NCBI RefSeq assembly: GCF_009914755.1 | Contig: NC_060926.1 | Strand: one strand, 5' to 3' | DNA: 64,000 nt | Origin: the human T2T-CHM13v2.0 reference genome, Homo sapiens | In this document: piece after piece, positions 8,078-33,515 of the stretch | How the letters are laid out: each line of letters begins with the position of its first letter | Numbering within the stretch: the first letter of the stretch is position 1 | Notes under the pieces: model-generated | Database searches by the model: none | Told to the model about the DNA's origin: nothing | What the model saw: the letters and a program-made list of their open reading frames with translations, nothing else | Position numbers and translations under genes: made by a program

Positions 8078-9980
8078 CAGGAATTTTATTTTGCTGAGTT
8101 GTTCTAACAAAGCTGTCTCAAGCCTGGTTTTTCTGTTTCAGTTTCTTCAGACCTTCCAGGGCACAAGGATAGGAGGGGGAGGATCCTGGGGACAGTGGGT
8201 TGACATTTTGGGAGGCAGTTGGATGTGTCCTGTGATGGGCAGCAGAGTCTGGTGGGTGGGCAGGGACTGAGCTGCAGTTGGCTGGGGGGGCTGCTCACTG
8301 GGGCAGTCAGTGATTGCCCCAAGAAGCCTTAACTGGGGAGGAGGACTTCATCACTGGGTGCCACATGGGGACCCTGGTGCCCTGGGGGTGGGGGTTTGCA
8401 GTCCTAGACACTGGAAACGGGCCACACGGGACTGCCATTATGTGGAGCGCAGGGTGCTGGTGGTATAGGCCAAGAGGGAACTTGCCAAGCCTCCCAGGAT
8501 GAGCGTCCAAGTGGTGGCTGCCTCTGCAGGCCTCACAGGTTTAGCTCCATGACGTGGCTCCCCCTGCTGGTGGCACGTGGTACCCCCCGGCCTCTTAGAA
8601 TGCCGGGGTTTTGGTTTGGCACTGGTGCAGCCTGGCAGTCATCCAACCTTTGGTCTCCAGGTCCCTTAGGTTAGTTGGGCAGGCCCACCCTGCCCCTTGA
8701 ACACAGTTGGAGAAGTTACTGTGCCGTTTGGATATTCATACACGGGCTGTGAGCAGTGGGTCAGGATAGCCAACTGGAGGAAGTGCCACCAGCTCGTGCC
8801 CTCAGAGGTGGAGGTAAGGATTAGAGCTCACCTAGAACCTTCTGGGATCCTCCAATGAGAGCTGCAGGGGCAGGGGCCGGTATAGGCACTGCTAGTGGGC
8901 CTGTTGCCCAGGTAGGACCTGAGGAAGCCATCCAGTGGTATCTGCAGGAAAACTCCCAGGAGCAGACTGAAGTGTCTGCAGAGGCCTGGCCTGGGTTAAG
9001 GGGAGATGCTGGGAAGGAGGGAAATGTGTGCATTGAAGAGAGCAAGAGAGACCAGTTCCCTCTACCTGCCCCTTGACACCGTGTCCACCCCATTCCATGC
9101 CCCCCCGACCTTTGTGTTTCACACCAGGCACCAGAGTTCTGGGGGGACCTTTCCCTTCTCTGGCTGGAGCTTAGTCACTCTCATGGGGCTGCTCAGGCCG
9201 CTTGTTCAGCATGTCCCCAGGCAGCTGCCACCAGGATCGGGGGCAGGTTGAGGCCTTGGTAGGAGGGACCCTCTGACCTGTATCTACCCCACACCCCCTG
9301 CACAGCCTGGGTATCTGCATCCTGGCTCATCCAGGGAAGAAAGGGAGGGTCTGGAGCCAAAACGCTGGCTCCTCTCTGTTCTGCCGCCCAAGGCGACTCA
9401 GTACTGCAGTGTTCCCAAGCTCGGCGCCCAGGAGGGTGTCTCTAAGGCAGGAGTGCAGGCGAAGGCCGTGAAGGAAGGCCACACAGGGCAGGTAGCGCTT
9501 GGAGCTGAGAGCAGATCTAACCCAGCTCCCTCAGGCTGCAGTCCTGCTCGGGACCACTACCGCAAGGCCCCTGAAAGGGGAGAAGCTGTGCCCTGGTCCG
9601 CACACAGACACGGCAGGCATGTTAGCATGAGGCAAGTAACTGAACCTTGTGGGCTTCAATCCCCTCCTCTGCAAAATGGGAACAATAGGATGAGGCATGA
9701 GCCAGGGCCCAGGGCTGCCTTGCTAGGGTCCCCCTGAGACACCCATATCAGCAGAGCTTACTGCCTCTGCTGTCTGAGCTGCCTCATCCCACCAAAGGTT
9801 TGGCCTGGAACAGCATTTGCTGGTTCTAGCAGAACACACTTACCCCTAGTCCTGAGCCTAGCACACAATTAACCACTGCCTGAGGATATACCTCAGGGCC
9901 CAGAGTCACCTTGATACCACTCCCAAAGTCCCCGAATGACCTCCCACTGGAGCCCAGGTTAAAAGATTATCAAGGAATGG

Positions 9981-9994
9981 GCGCCCCCTGGTGG
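9981..9994 (-). promoter_or_regulatory. CTCF core motif
   Basis: Reverse complement reads CCACCAGGGGGCGC, the consensus core. Confidence 0.75.
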
Positions 9995-10284
9995 ACACAG
10001 AGGAACTGTAAAGCGTGCCGCTGAATTCTGTCCAGGAAAGACCCTTCAGTGGGCCCTGGTCCCAAGGTAGGCAACGCCAGTCACCCTCCACCTGACTCCC
10101 GCAACAAGACCTTTCTCCCTCTCTGTTGCTGGAACCCCAGTCAGATGTGACAGTCAGTGGTCATTTCCCAGACCTTCCTTCTGGGCAACTGATGCCCTCT
10201 CCCAAGGACTGAGTCCTTTACGTGGAACCAAAGCTGGAAGCAGGGGTCCACTCTTCCACGGTCTTGGGCTTCCCTGTGGCCACA

Positions 10285-10654
10285 CACACCCTCACTGGAC
10301 TCCACGCACCCTCACTGGACTCCATGCACCCTCACTGGACTCCATGCACCCTCACTGGACTCCATGCACCCTCACTCACTGGACTCCATACTGCCTCAGC
10401 AGACTCCACACTCTCTCACTGGACTCCCTGCTCCCTCACTCACTGGACTCCACGCACCCTCACTCACTGGACTCCACGCACCCTCACTGGACTCCACGCA
10501 CCCTTACTCACTGGACTCCACACATCTTCACTGGACTCCACACATCCTCAGTGGACTCCACACATTCTCACTGGACTCTACAGACCCTCACTGGACTCCA
10601 CGCTCCCTCACTGGACTCCACACTCCTTCACTGGACTCCACACACCCTCACTGG
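10285..10654. repeat. Minisatellite, about 18 copies of a 20-bp unit (CACCCTCACTGGACTCCAYR) with 24-bp variants
   Basis: CTGGACTC core recurs at 20-bp spacing, with four 24-bp steps caused by an extra CTCA. Confidence 0.95.
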
Positions 10655-11743
10655 GACTGCTGCCCTGAGTACAAACTAGGAGAGTTTGAATGGGGGGTGT
10701 TCACTAGAATGACTAGAATGACTCAGTCACTAGAATGGGGGGCGGGGAGTCAGGGGCTCCCAGCTCTACTTCCTGGCTTTATCTTGGCTGTTGGCTACAC
10801 AGCCCCAGGAATCAGTACTGCTTCTCCTCTACTGCTATCACAAGCCCTGGGGTCAGGATCCTCAGCCTCTGGCCCTTCCTAACTCCTCCCAGATCTCAGT
10901 CCCTCCAGGGCCCTGCTGCCTACCCTGCCTCTACCAAGCCTGCGGGTTGGATGCCTGTGTCCTAGATACAGGCCAGCCCTGCCTGCCTCAGGGCGCTGGC
11001 TGCTGCGTGGTCCCCTCCTGGTGGGAGCTGCTTCATGAGGGTGGAATCCCTGGGCCCCGTGTTATTTGGGGCCTGCTTCAGTCTGGCTGGGCCTCACAGG
11101 CCTGGCCCCCCGCTATGCCCAACCTGTCTGCTCAGCAGCCCATCTCCTTGATGCAAGTGTGCTCAGTTTTGCTGTGTCGCTGCTTGTCCTCCCTGTACCC
11201 CAGGCCCATGGAGGCATGGGCAGAACCAGCCAGGGAATGGGGCAGAGCTGTGCTCTGAGCTGTTCCTCTCGGGATACCTCAGCCTACGCTCATGGGTCTG
11301 GCCTGAGCTCAGAGAGGTGGAGGAAGCACAGATTAGGAAACATGGCTGAAACATTTTAAGGCCGTCCGGCACACTGACCCTATTTATATACTGGGTGAAT
11401 GACACATGCATTGTTTGCAGAGAAGGCCTAGCAGCCAGTGACTGATGTGGATTCCATGAAGTCCTGAGCATAGCCAAGGATCGATGGTATGCCTCCATGG
11501 GCTCTCTGTCAAGGCTGTCACCCACAGCAACAAGAAGTACCAGGTGGTCACTTGAAGCAACCTCATTTTACATGCACCCATGTGGGGACCCCACTGTGAG
11601 ACTCTGGGCAGGGAGCAGATCCCTTACTGAAAGGAGCTGCTGGTGGATTCCATAAGGTCCCAGGGGACATCTATTGTTTTTGCCACCAGCAGCCATTCCT
11701 TCACCCTTTTCTTGGCAGTAATGCCCTGAAGCAATGTCCAGCT

Positions 11744-12353
<610 letters not shown>

Positions 12354-12892
12354 AAACAGGGAGAATGCAGGGCTTCAGGCTTCAGTCTCCAGGGCCAACT
12401 AGGCCTCCATGAACAAAGACAGCTTGCTGGTGGGGGACAGAGGTGTGGGGATGCCTTTTCTGGTGTGGTTTCCAGATTGGGAGGAATACAGAGAGGTGAG
12501 TCAGCCTCAGAAGAGGCTGTGATCTCATGGTCAGTCTCTCAGCAGGATCTGAGTCCTGCCTGAACCATTCCAGCCAGGTGGGGGGATGGCTCGAGTCATC
12601 TGAGCTGCCCACCTGGCGTCCTCTGTGTGAAGCTTCTAATCCCCTCTTCTCCAGCCCACAGTGATCTCTGGCCCGCTGACCTCCCAGTGCTCCCATCGGG
12701 CCTTACAGGCAGACACACTCATTGAAGTGACTCGATGGCCCTGGGAGGCTTCTGGATAAGGTGTGAGATCCCGTCTTCATGCAGCCTGGAACCTCCCAGT
12801 TGTCTCTCTGCCCCAAGGTGTACCTGAGAAAGGGGAGGTGACTCCATCCCATCTGGAGAAACGCTAGGTTAAGCAATGCTAAAAGGGTTTTC

Positions 12893-14294
<1,402 letters not shown>

Positions 14295-14869
14295 TGACAT
14301 TATTGATTGATAAGAGTAAAAAATTAGAGACAAGCCAAATGCTCGATCATCAGGAAGCAGGCAAGTCACTTACAGTATAACCACTTGGTAGATATCACAA
14401 TGTTTACGAGAAATTTTCAAAATTGTTTTTAAATTTATAAAAGCATTCCAGGCCCACTGCATGACCTTCACGCTAGACAAAAATACTATGTGAGGAATAC
14501 AGTGAGACCCCCGCTCAACCCCTTGTCTGGTCCAGTAGCCCTCTGTTAACTGTTAATGTGAAGCATGTGCCCTTCCCTCCAGAACTACAAGTAGTTTTGA
14601 ATAATGTAGAGAAGAGCCTGTTTTAAAATGTCAAGAGAAAAAAAGTTGATACAGAATTGTGTCTACAGTATAATCTAATGATCAAGAAAAAAAAAGTCAC
14701 GAATGAAGTTCACCAAAATGTCACTTCTTGGTGGTGGAATTATTTTTTCTTTAAGGTTGTTTTGTAAATTTTCCACACATAGATTTCAGCAGGGAAATAA
14801 ATTAACAATCAATAAAAAGAAAGAAAGAAAACAAAGAAAAAAAGGCAAAACAGCAATCTGCACATCCGT

Positions 14870-15555
14870 TAGGTCTCTTTCAGTTGCAAGTGACAGAAAC
14901 CTAACACAAACTGGTTTATGAAAAAAGGAAGTTTGTTGTCACTAGGATGTTCTGAGATAGCATGGCTTCAGGTACAGCAGGATTCAGGTCCTTAAACCAT
15001 GTCATCAGGAACCCGTCTCCCTCCCGCCCTCCGTCAGCTCTGTTTTCTTTGGCATTGGTTTTGTTTTCTGGCCGTTTCACAGCTATAATACTATTGAATA
15101 TGGTGACTACTGTTCGCAGCTTCTTCACCTAGCTTGGTGGTGGGAGTGGGAGGGCTGAAAAGGTAGTATGTTAACAGGACTGTTAGTTTTCTAATGAAAC
15201 TCTTGAGAAAGCAGTGTGACAGACATCATGAGCCCTGTGGGAAGCCAGCAGCCCCTCATTCCCCATTCCTAGTTCAGTTGGGATTGGGCTGTGCTCTGCA
15301 GGTTCTCCTCATGGGGCCTGCTGGGACCCGCCATCTCTGAGGGGGAACCAGTCTTTTTCCCCATGGTTCCAGCCTAAGTCCTGCAGAAGGCTGTCACTGG
15401 TGAGATCTGGTCATGTGGCCCCACCCACAAGTCAGACCCACAGAGGCACTTGGACAGAGGGTGAGAATGGGGTAGGAGATCTTCCATTATGAAAAGTCAG
15501 TGTTATGAATAGGAGGGAGGCTGGGCAGGAGAAAGCAACTGATGTCTGCCACATC
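14870..15555. mobile_element. Old MLT1 (MaLR) LTR remnant
   Basis: Terminal GTTGCAAGTGACAGAAACC...AACTGG and GGCTTCAGGTACAGCAGGATTCAGG motifs typical of MLT1J/K/L. Confidence 0.5.
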
Positions 15556-16861
15556 CAGTCAGTGGGTACTTGAGGAATTTCAATACAATTCAAAATGGAA
15601 TCAGGGTGACCTGGGCCTGCTCTTGGGCAGGTGGACCTGGAGTATGACTGCACCCAGTGGTAGCGGAACCACATGTCAATATTGCCCTTGTTATTGCCCC
15701 TGAGTACTTCTTTCACTTCCCCTCATAGCTCTTCCACCACTAGGGCTAGGCAGGGAGCTTGAGTCTCATTCTCTGAGGGAAGGACGCAGCCTGGGCCAAG
15801 AAGACACTGCTCAGCTTGAGTTTCAAAGTGACTCTCTTTACTCATAGCAAGATGAGAAATCAAGCTCTCAAGAGTAGAAAAGGGCTAATGTGTTTTTATG
15901 TATCATGGACCAAAGTTCAGAGACGTGACCACAGTGGGAGAGAACAGTGAGAAAGGGCCCTGCTGACTACACAGGGAGGCGTCAAGCCCTTCAGGGCTGA
16001 CTGGAGTGGGGCTTGGATCAGGAGAGAGAGAGACGATTTAGACATAAGTGACCTCATGGGCTGGCAGCTAGTGCCACACAGTGCCCCAAAGACCACACAG
16101 GTCCTTCAGTGGATGCCAACATAGAATGCCTGTGTCTTGGGGTGCCAAGCCACCAGCATCTGAGGAACTATACGCTCATCCCTGCTCTCTGGGTCCTTTC
16201 CAAGCAGAGGAAAGACGGTGCTGTCTGAGGGGTGTGGCTGCTTGAGACCTTGTCACATAGCTGGCCACCAGTCTTACTCACCACTCCTCCTTTCTGGTGC
16301 TCTCAAGGTCACTCCAGCCAAAAAATGGCCATCTGCTCTCCAGGTCAAAGTGGTGCATGGAAGGGATCAGATGACATCCCAGCCAAGGACTTCTAAGGGA
16401 ACAGGCAGCAGCAGAGGATGGCGTATCCTCCACAGCTGTCATGCCCAGCCTTGTCCTGAAGATGCTGGGAGCAGGACAGGCCCGGCTCTGACCCTACTTG
16501 AGGGAGGCTTTAGGCAAGAAACTTCCCCTATGAGGCTTTGGGTTCCTCATGACTGGAACGGAGCTCACCAGCTCTGCTCCTCTCCAGGTGAGGACAAACA
16601 CAGGCCCCCCCCAACTGTCACTGTTCATTATGATTAGTGACTGCAGGTTACAGGGATTTTGGCAACCCTTCTACAGGCAGGATGGGTCAGGGTTCTCAGG
16701 TGACACAGTGTGACAGGGACCGGTGCAGCTCCAGCTGTTTATGGCATAGGAGGCTCATATAGCAGAGGACTCAGCCACTGGAAGAGCTGAGGGGTCTGTG
16801 GGGGGACTCAGGAGGTAGGAGGGGGGGAATGTGAGGGGGACTGCGGGGTGAGACTAAGGGG

Positions 16862-17580
16862 TGACTCAGTCAGCTCAGGCTGCTGTAACAAAATACCTTC
16901 AACTGGGTGGCTTATAAACAGTAAATATTGGCTGGGCACGGTGGCTCACACCTGTAATCCCAGCACTTTGGGAGGCCGAGGCAGGCAGATCACCTGAGGT
17001 CAGGAGTTCGAGATCAGCCTGGCCAACATGGTGAAACCCTGTCTCTACTAAAAATACAAAAATTAGTTGGGCATGGTGGCAGATGCCTGGAATCCCAGCT
17101 ACTCGGAAGGCTGAGGCAGGAGAATCACTTGAACCCAGGAGGCTGAGGTTGCAGCAAGCCGAGATTGCACCATTGGACTCCAGCCTGGGCAATGAGCGAA
17201 ACTCCATCTCAAAACAACAACAACAACAACAACAACAACCCAGCAAATATTTATTTCTCACAGTTTTGGAGTCTGGGAAATCCATGATCAAAGGTGCTGG
17301 CTGTCTACGAAAACAAAAACAAAACAAAAGCGTGCTGGCACACTTGCCGTTGGGTGAAGGCTGCTTACTGGCCCATGGATGATGCCTCTTTGCTGCGTCC
17401 TCACATGGTGGAAAGGGGGAGGGTGCTCTCTGGTGTCTCTTTTTATAAGGGCACTAATCCCATTCATGAAGCCTCCACCTCCATGGCCTAATCACCTCCC
17501 AAAGGCCCCACCTCCTAACACTGTCTCCTTGGGGAGACATAGGAATTTTGGGCGGGGACACCAACATTCAGACTATAGCA
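16862..17580 (-). mobile_element. MLT1A0-like LTR interrupted by a + strand Alu (16930-17238, (CAA)n tail)
   Basis: GCTGCTGTAACAAAATACC...ATTTATTTCTCACAGTT...CAACATTCAGACTATAGCA; Alu flanked by CAG(T/C)AAATATT TSD. Confidence 0.8.
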
Positions 17581-17672
17581 GGGGGATACAGAGAAGGGAC
17601 TGAGGGGACTGGAGGGGGGACTGGGAGGAGAGACTGAGGTAGGACTGCCCAGGGCCTACCAAAATAACAAAC

Positions 17673-22037
<4,365 letters not shown>

Positions 22038-22675
22038 CTAATGGTAAAATAGGGCCCTCATTCATCTCGTCTAGTAAGTTATCTCCACCGCTTAGAACAG
22101 TGTCTGGAGTATAAAAAGTGGTCAGTAAATGTGTGTGGAGTAAATGCGTAATGCTTAAAGAATTGGCACATAGCATCTTCTCAATACACTACAACTAAAA
22201 AAGAAAATCTAAAACATTTTTGGGACGAGGCAGCTGGAAGAAAAATGAAGAGCCTACAGATGAGGAAGGAGCAGAACACCCAGAAGAGGGGCTCCCAGAA
22301 TCTAAGGAGAAGGGAAACCCAGCAGACGTCAGAAGAATCAGATGCAGCAGAGAAAGCAAGGACTTGAAGGGGCCCGACAAAGGGGTGGGGCCAGAGCCAG
22401 ATGGCAGTGTTTGAGGAATGGATGAGAGGAGTGGGAAGCGTGAGTGAAGACAATTCCAAGTTTGGATCTGCAGAGAAAGAGAAGGACTAGGGCAGGAGCT
22501 GAAGGCCATGCAGGATTGAAGAGAAGTCTTATTTTTAGAAATTTATTTTTTAAGGTGATTTGAACATGTTTTGTGGGCTGAGGGTTGAAGGATCTGGAGA
22601 AAAGGCTTTTCCGATTTTGTCTTGAGCATAATCTCCTCTTCCTTTAAATTTCTAACTGGTATTTCTCTTATGGCA

Positions 22676-23402
<727 letters not shown>

Positions 23403-23837
23403 TGAATGTGGCTATATCCCCTTTGGAAGACTTTCCTGCCTAACGAGGGCCAGACTCGGTACTTCATCACATTCCCCATCACAAAAGCCCAATACTCAAA
23501 ACACTGGCAAGAAACATAATGGGGGTACTGATGCGAGGGTGTATTGCATATTACACAGCAAAGTTTAACCAAAATTCTCTAAATAGAAATCTATATTCTT
23601 TCTTGCAAGTTTCCTTCTCCAAGGCTGTGCGGCCTGGGATTCTTCCCCCTTTCTCCTCCCCAACACAGACTCTTAAGCTCCTCTTGATTGCCCTGAGCAG
23701 GTGAACAATCCCTCTCAGCTTGTACAGGTCAGAGATGGGACTCTGTTCCTTAAGCAAGCTGCTTGGAGACCTCAGTCTGTCCTGCAGCCATCCTCATGTA
23801 CACATCTATGTCTCTAACACATATTAAATGCCTCTAC

Positions 23838-23990
23838 CAGTATTTCTCAAAGCATGGTCCATAGACCACCTGCATCGGAGTCACCTGGCGGCTTTAGGGT
23901 GCAGATTTCTGGGCCTCACACCTACTGATCAGACTCTCTGGGAGCCGGGTGGGGCAGGGAGATGCCCATCATTGATTTGAAAATCAGTGG
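23838..23990. mobile_element. MER5-type hAT-Charlie remnant
   Basis: CAGTATTTCTCAAAG...GCAT...GAGTCACCTGG...GCAGATTTCTGGGCC motifs. Confidence 0.65.
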
Positions 23991-24517
23991 CCATAGACTG
24001 TGCCAGGCCTGGTCTATATGAGTCTCTTTCCAGGAACATTCTGCAGCCTTCAGTGTATCCAGAAAAAGCTGCATCTCCAGGCATCTGGGCCTGCATTAAG
24101 GCCCACCATGCAAGAGCTGACTTTGACTTCACAAGGGTCCTAGTCCCTACAGTTCTCCTGTCCTCTCCTTTTGCTTGTGTTTACTTAGGCCTGCGCCAAT
24201 TCCCTCCTTCTCCTAGCATTCAGCCTTCCTCCCCACCAGTTCAAATCCCACCCACACTACTTGGAGCCCCTAGTCAGTACTGTCCCTGAAGCACACACTT
24301 TCTATTTTTCTCAGAGCAGCTAGCAAGAAGCGTGTCTGACTGTTTTGGACAGATGAGTGAGTGGAGAAGCATTCTCTGGGAAGTCCTTTCTCCACTACAG
24401 TGTGTAGAGTACCATGAGAACATTCCTTGATGGAATTATGGGGAGCAGATATGGTTTAGCAAAGAGGAGATGGGTTCACTCTGAGAAAAAGAGATGGCAT
24501 TTTAAGAAGGTAATTCA

Positions 24518-26477
<1,960 letters not shown>

Positions 26478-27020
26478 TTATGTCGGACCTGAAAGCACTG
26501 CCAGTTGTAATCCCTTCTCTCCCACGCTGGCTTCCAATGACGACAGTCTTAAAGGCCTCCCAGCCTCCTCCCAGCCCAGACGCCTTCCCATCATTCTCCA
26601 GTTAGGTTCATGCAGATCTTTTCATTTTGTAGCTTCTAGTCTCATTTAGGAATATGAGAGTCCCTACTCTACTAACTTAGAATTGCCCTTTCTTGAAACT
26701 TCTTGAACAAATGAATACTGTAAACAAATAGAAAAAATTAACAATAATAAACAAACAAAGGGTGCATGTATGTTGTGGAAAAGAACCATTAAAGATTGTG
26801 TCTAAAAGACAAATGTTAAGGTCATGGGTTTGGTTCAAGTATGTTGCACAATTTTGGAAAGCAGTAACTGTGGCACTAGGGAACAAGATCTATCAGTTCC
26901 ATTCCTGGAGTGAAATACAGTTGTGATCTTATATTTGGTTTCTTTCCATTATGCAGCCAGGTTCACTTTCCAGAAAAAGGAGAGATAAAAGCAGTGCCAT
27001 GCTAAAGACTGTAGGAATAT

Positions 27021-27039
27021 TTTAATTCATATTTTTAAT
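27021..27039 (-). terminator. PDE6D: PDE6D polyadenylation signals (two ATTAAA)
   Basis: TTTAAT on + at 27021-27026 and 27034-27039, about 490 nt downstream of the stop; U-rich sequence follows on the - strand. Confidence 0.7.
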
Positions 27040-27521
27040 TACATTATGTAATAATATCACAGTCTATTTTACAAGTTAAATGTATGAGAATGTATGAAAT
27101 AGAAATGGTAGGAAAAAACTAAACATGGGTCAGGAACACGGAATTTTTCCAAAACCAGGGGCCAAAGGTAGATGTGTAGCCTGTAGGGCCCAAGGAGGAG
27201 ACAAGGAGGGTGACAGGTACAGTTACCGGTTTGTGGTATGTGTTTGTTCCCTGTGTGTATGCTGGGAAGGACTTGAGACCTGTCCCCTGCCCTGGTCTGG
27301 GGTTGGGAGTTTAGTCTGGTCAGCTGGAAGATGGTGGCTTGGGAAAAAGAGCCATCTGGTTACCTACACAGAGCTGGTCCCCTGGTGGCTGCAGGTAGGT
27401 TCTGCTGTTGAGGGAATTAGGGGTGTATGTGTCAAAAATCAAACGTGTGGAGGAAAAAAGTAAACAGTTTCCTCCTCCCTCCAAAAAACCCAAATTCTTG
27501 AAATGTACACACATTCTTCTT

Positions 27522-27647
<126 letters not shown>

Positions 27648-28500
27648 TTAGGCACAAGATTTCATTTCCACAAAGTGGTTTCCATCTGGATTCCTGGGCC
27701 AATGGACATGCACCCACCCAGAGTCTTAGCTTGGGGACATTAAAATCCTTGTCTATATGGGGCTACAAGTCTAACATGACATTTAACTTATGTGGTTACA
27801 TTCATCCCTGTCAAGCTCACAAATCAGAAGTGAGAGCATGTCTCCACTCCTTGGTACACTCTAAAGCCCTTAGTAGAGTGCTCTGCACACAGGGTGCTTA
27901 TAGATCCGACTGACTTTCTGATACTGCATTCATGGACACCTCTGGCTGGCTTACATATAGAAGCCTGCAGACCTCAGGGGCAGTATCCTTCCCTACAGTA
28001 CTCACAATAGTCGAAAGGTGGGCTTTGGCCTGGCCCACATCTATTTTCCTGCCTTTGGGTAACAGCACCTTGCTCTTCATTTGGGAACCACCCTTCCTCC
28101 AGTCCATGTGCCAAGTGAGTGGCCCCTCACTCACCTGGCAAAAGGGTGAACAGAGGATGTAACTTAGGCCAATCAGACTCTTTCTCTTGAGCAAGATCCT
28201 TCCTGTAGCTTCTCCTTGAGGAAGCCATCCAGGGATTCCTGCCCATCTGCATCTTCCAAGCCGCCCAGCTCTCCCCCTTAGTCTTTCAGCTCTTGTATTA
28301 GCCAGAGCCTGTTTCTATGACTTACAACTACAGAACACTAAATGATGCACCTGTATTGTGAGGTGTGAGGGAAGAATTTCATTTTTCTTGGTGGGTATCT
28401 CGGTGCTCCCATTTGTAAAATGGGAGAGACCATGGCCTTACCAAATCACACTTGAGCTGAGTTTAGGGCAACTGTTTTTGGGGGTTCTAAAAAGTTAAGT

Positions 28501-31050
<2,550 letters not shown>

Positions 31051-31755
31051 CTCTTTAGAAGGTACTATTACTATAACATTTGAGAGACTAACATCTTTCC
31101 CACAGACAATGGGAGGTAGGAAGTTATTGACAGTGTTTTTGGAAAAAGCACAAACAAATTGTTCTTGGAACAGGAACCAAAGCTATTAATATGGTAAGCC
31201 ATTCTCCAAAAAACTGTAACCAAGTAGTATCCTCGAAAACAGAATTATTAATAGGACTTTGCCAGATTCTGTTAAAGGTGATCTAAACAAAATACAGAGA
31301 TACCGGAAGTACGGTAGTCAGGAATGGGAGCAAATTAACATAGATTCGGTATATATATTAAATGCCAGTCTCCTTCCATGTCATCACATTTTATCTTCAT
31401 TACACCTCTGTAAGACAGAATTAATTTCTGTGTTTAGAGATGAAAGACTAAGGCTCAGAGAGATAAAGTATATTAGTGCCCAAGATGACACAGGTAGTCA
31501 GGGTGAATCAGGAATTTAAATCTGGTTTAATCTAAAGTTTTATTTTTATTTTTAGTTTTTTATTCTTTCTACTCTATCATACTGTCTTTTTCATATGAAA
31601 AAGGTCAGGAACCTGGAAACCTAGATACCCTTGGATACTCTTTTACTCTATTTCTCAACCGAGCTCTCTGCCCACTGAATGGCACCAGGAGTCCCACCTG
31701 CCTGGAATGCCTGTTTCTAGACACACTTCATAATTTCCTGAGACCTGCTCACTCA

Positions 31756-31911
<156 letters not shown>

Positions 31912-32514
31912 TTAAGGGCTCTTTGTCTCCCTCTCTAGAGTGAGCCTCTTCCTACCCTGAGAACCACCAAAGGAAGCTATCAGCAACCTCTCAGACCAGG
32001 GGCGTAAAAAAGACAGGGAAGCCTGCTCAGGTTGTCCTCTGAACCACACCAAAGGCTTGCTTCTCATGCTTTGAGGTCTAAAGGACTAGGACCAGCGAGC
32101 AGGACACAATATAAGCAGCATTTTCTTAGAGGTAGGCTAGATGTGAACTATATATAGATACATAGTTAAATTCACTTGGAATTAGCTTGAAGGGGCTTAT
32201 GTGCCCTTTACACTGCATGGTGAGAATTCAATGCAGAGTGGCCTTGCCAGTCAAATCTGTATGATACTGTATGTAGAGCACTGTACTAGGCCCTGCTCAT
32301 AGCAGCTTCCTCCATGATCATATCACAATACAACGTCAGTGCCTAAACCAGGCACCACCATCCACGCTCCCAGTGTCAGAGACCTCAAAGCCCCTTGTAG
32401 TGGCTAGCTTTGTTTTGGTTTGTTTCACTGGGGATTCACAGTCTTGCAGAGTGTAGGAATCCTACCACAAACTGAGTTGTAAAAGGAATGTTATCAAAGC
32501 ACTGCTTTAGTTCA

Positions 32515-32769
<255 letters not shown>

Positions 32770-32785
32770 TCAAATTTCTGGGAGC

Positions 32786-32845
32786 TTCTTACAGCTGATT
32801 TAGAGAACACTTTCTTACAGCTGATTTAGAGAACACTTTCTTACA
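32786..32845. repeat. Perfect 26-bp tandem duplication (2.3 copies)
   Basis: TTCTTACAGCTGATTTAGAGAACACT twice, then TTCTTACA. Confidence 0.95.
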
Positions 32846-33203
32846 TTTTGGATAATGCCTTGGTAAGTGCATTACACTTTGTGTGGCTGAAAGCAGAGGT
32901 CTCTAATTGGTCACCCGTATCTGAAAGATATTAGATCTTCAAGGAACACCAGGTTTTGTGCATCTAAGGGCCTCATCTAACTACTCTCATCAGGAAGGGG
33001 GCTGCATGGGTACCTTCTCTCTACTCTGTTCTGGTGATTTTAACCCCTTCCTTCTTCTTTACTTCAGGGAGATAAAAATGCAAATTTTCTTTTGGAGAAA
33101 AAGTTGAGATCTTAGTTTCTATCTTTGGGTATGTTCTAATGGTAAAATATCAGCACAAAATGGGTTTTGGGAAGTGAGAGAAAGAACTGTTAAGAAAGTA
33201 ACT

Positions 33204-33515
<312 letters not shown>

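Noticed and set aside
10222-10882. Repetitive ORFs (HWTP/LDST/TGLH) and CRISPR-like periodicity
   Set aside because: Translations of a head-to-tail minisatellite; no unique spacers, no cas genes, eukaryotic context.
22220-22414. Acidic ORF (NEEPTDEEGAEHPEE) resembling a PTMA paralogue
   Set aside because: No alignable PTMA motifs, no ATG; purine-rich sequence resembling decayed L2.
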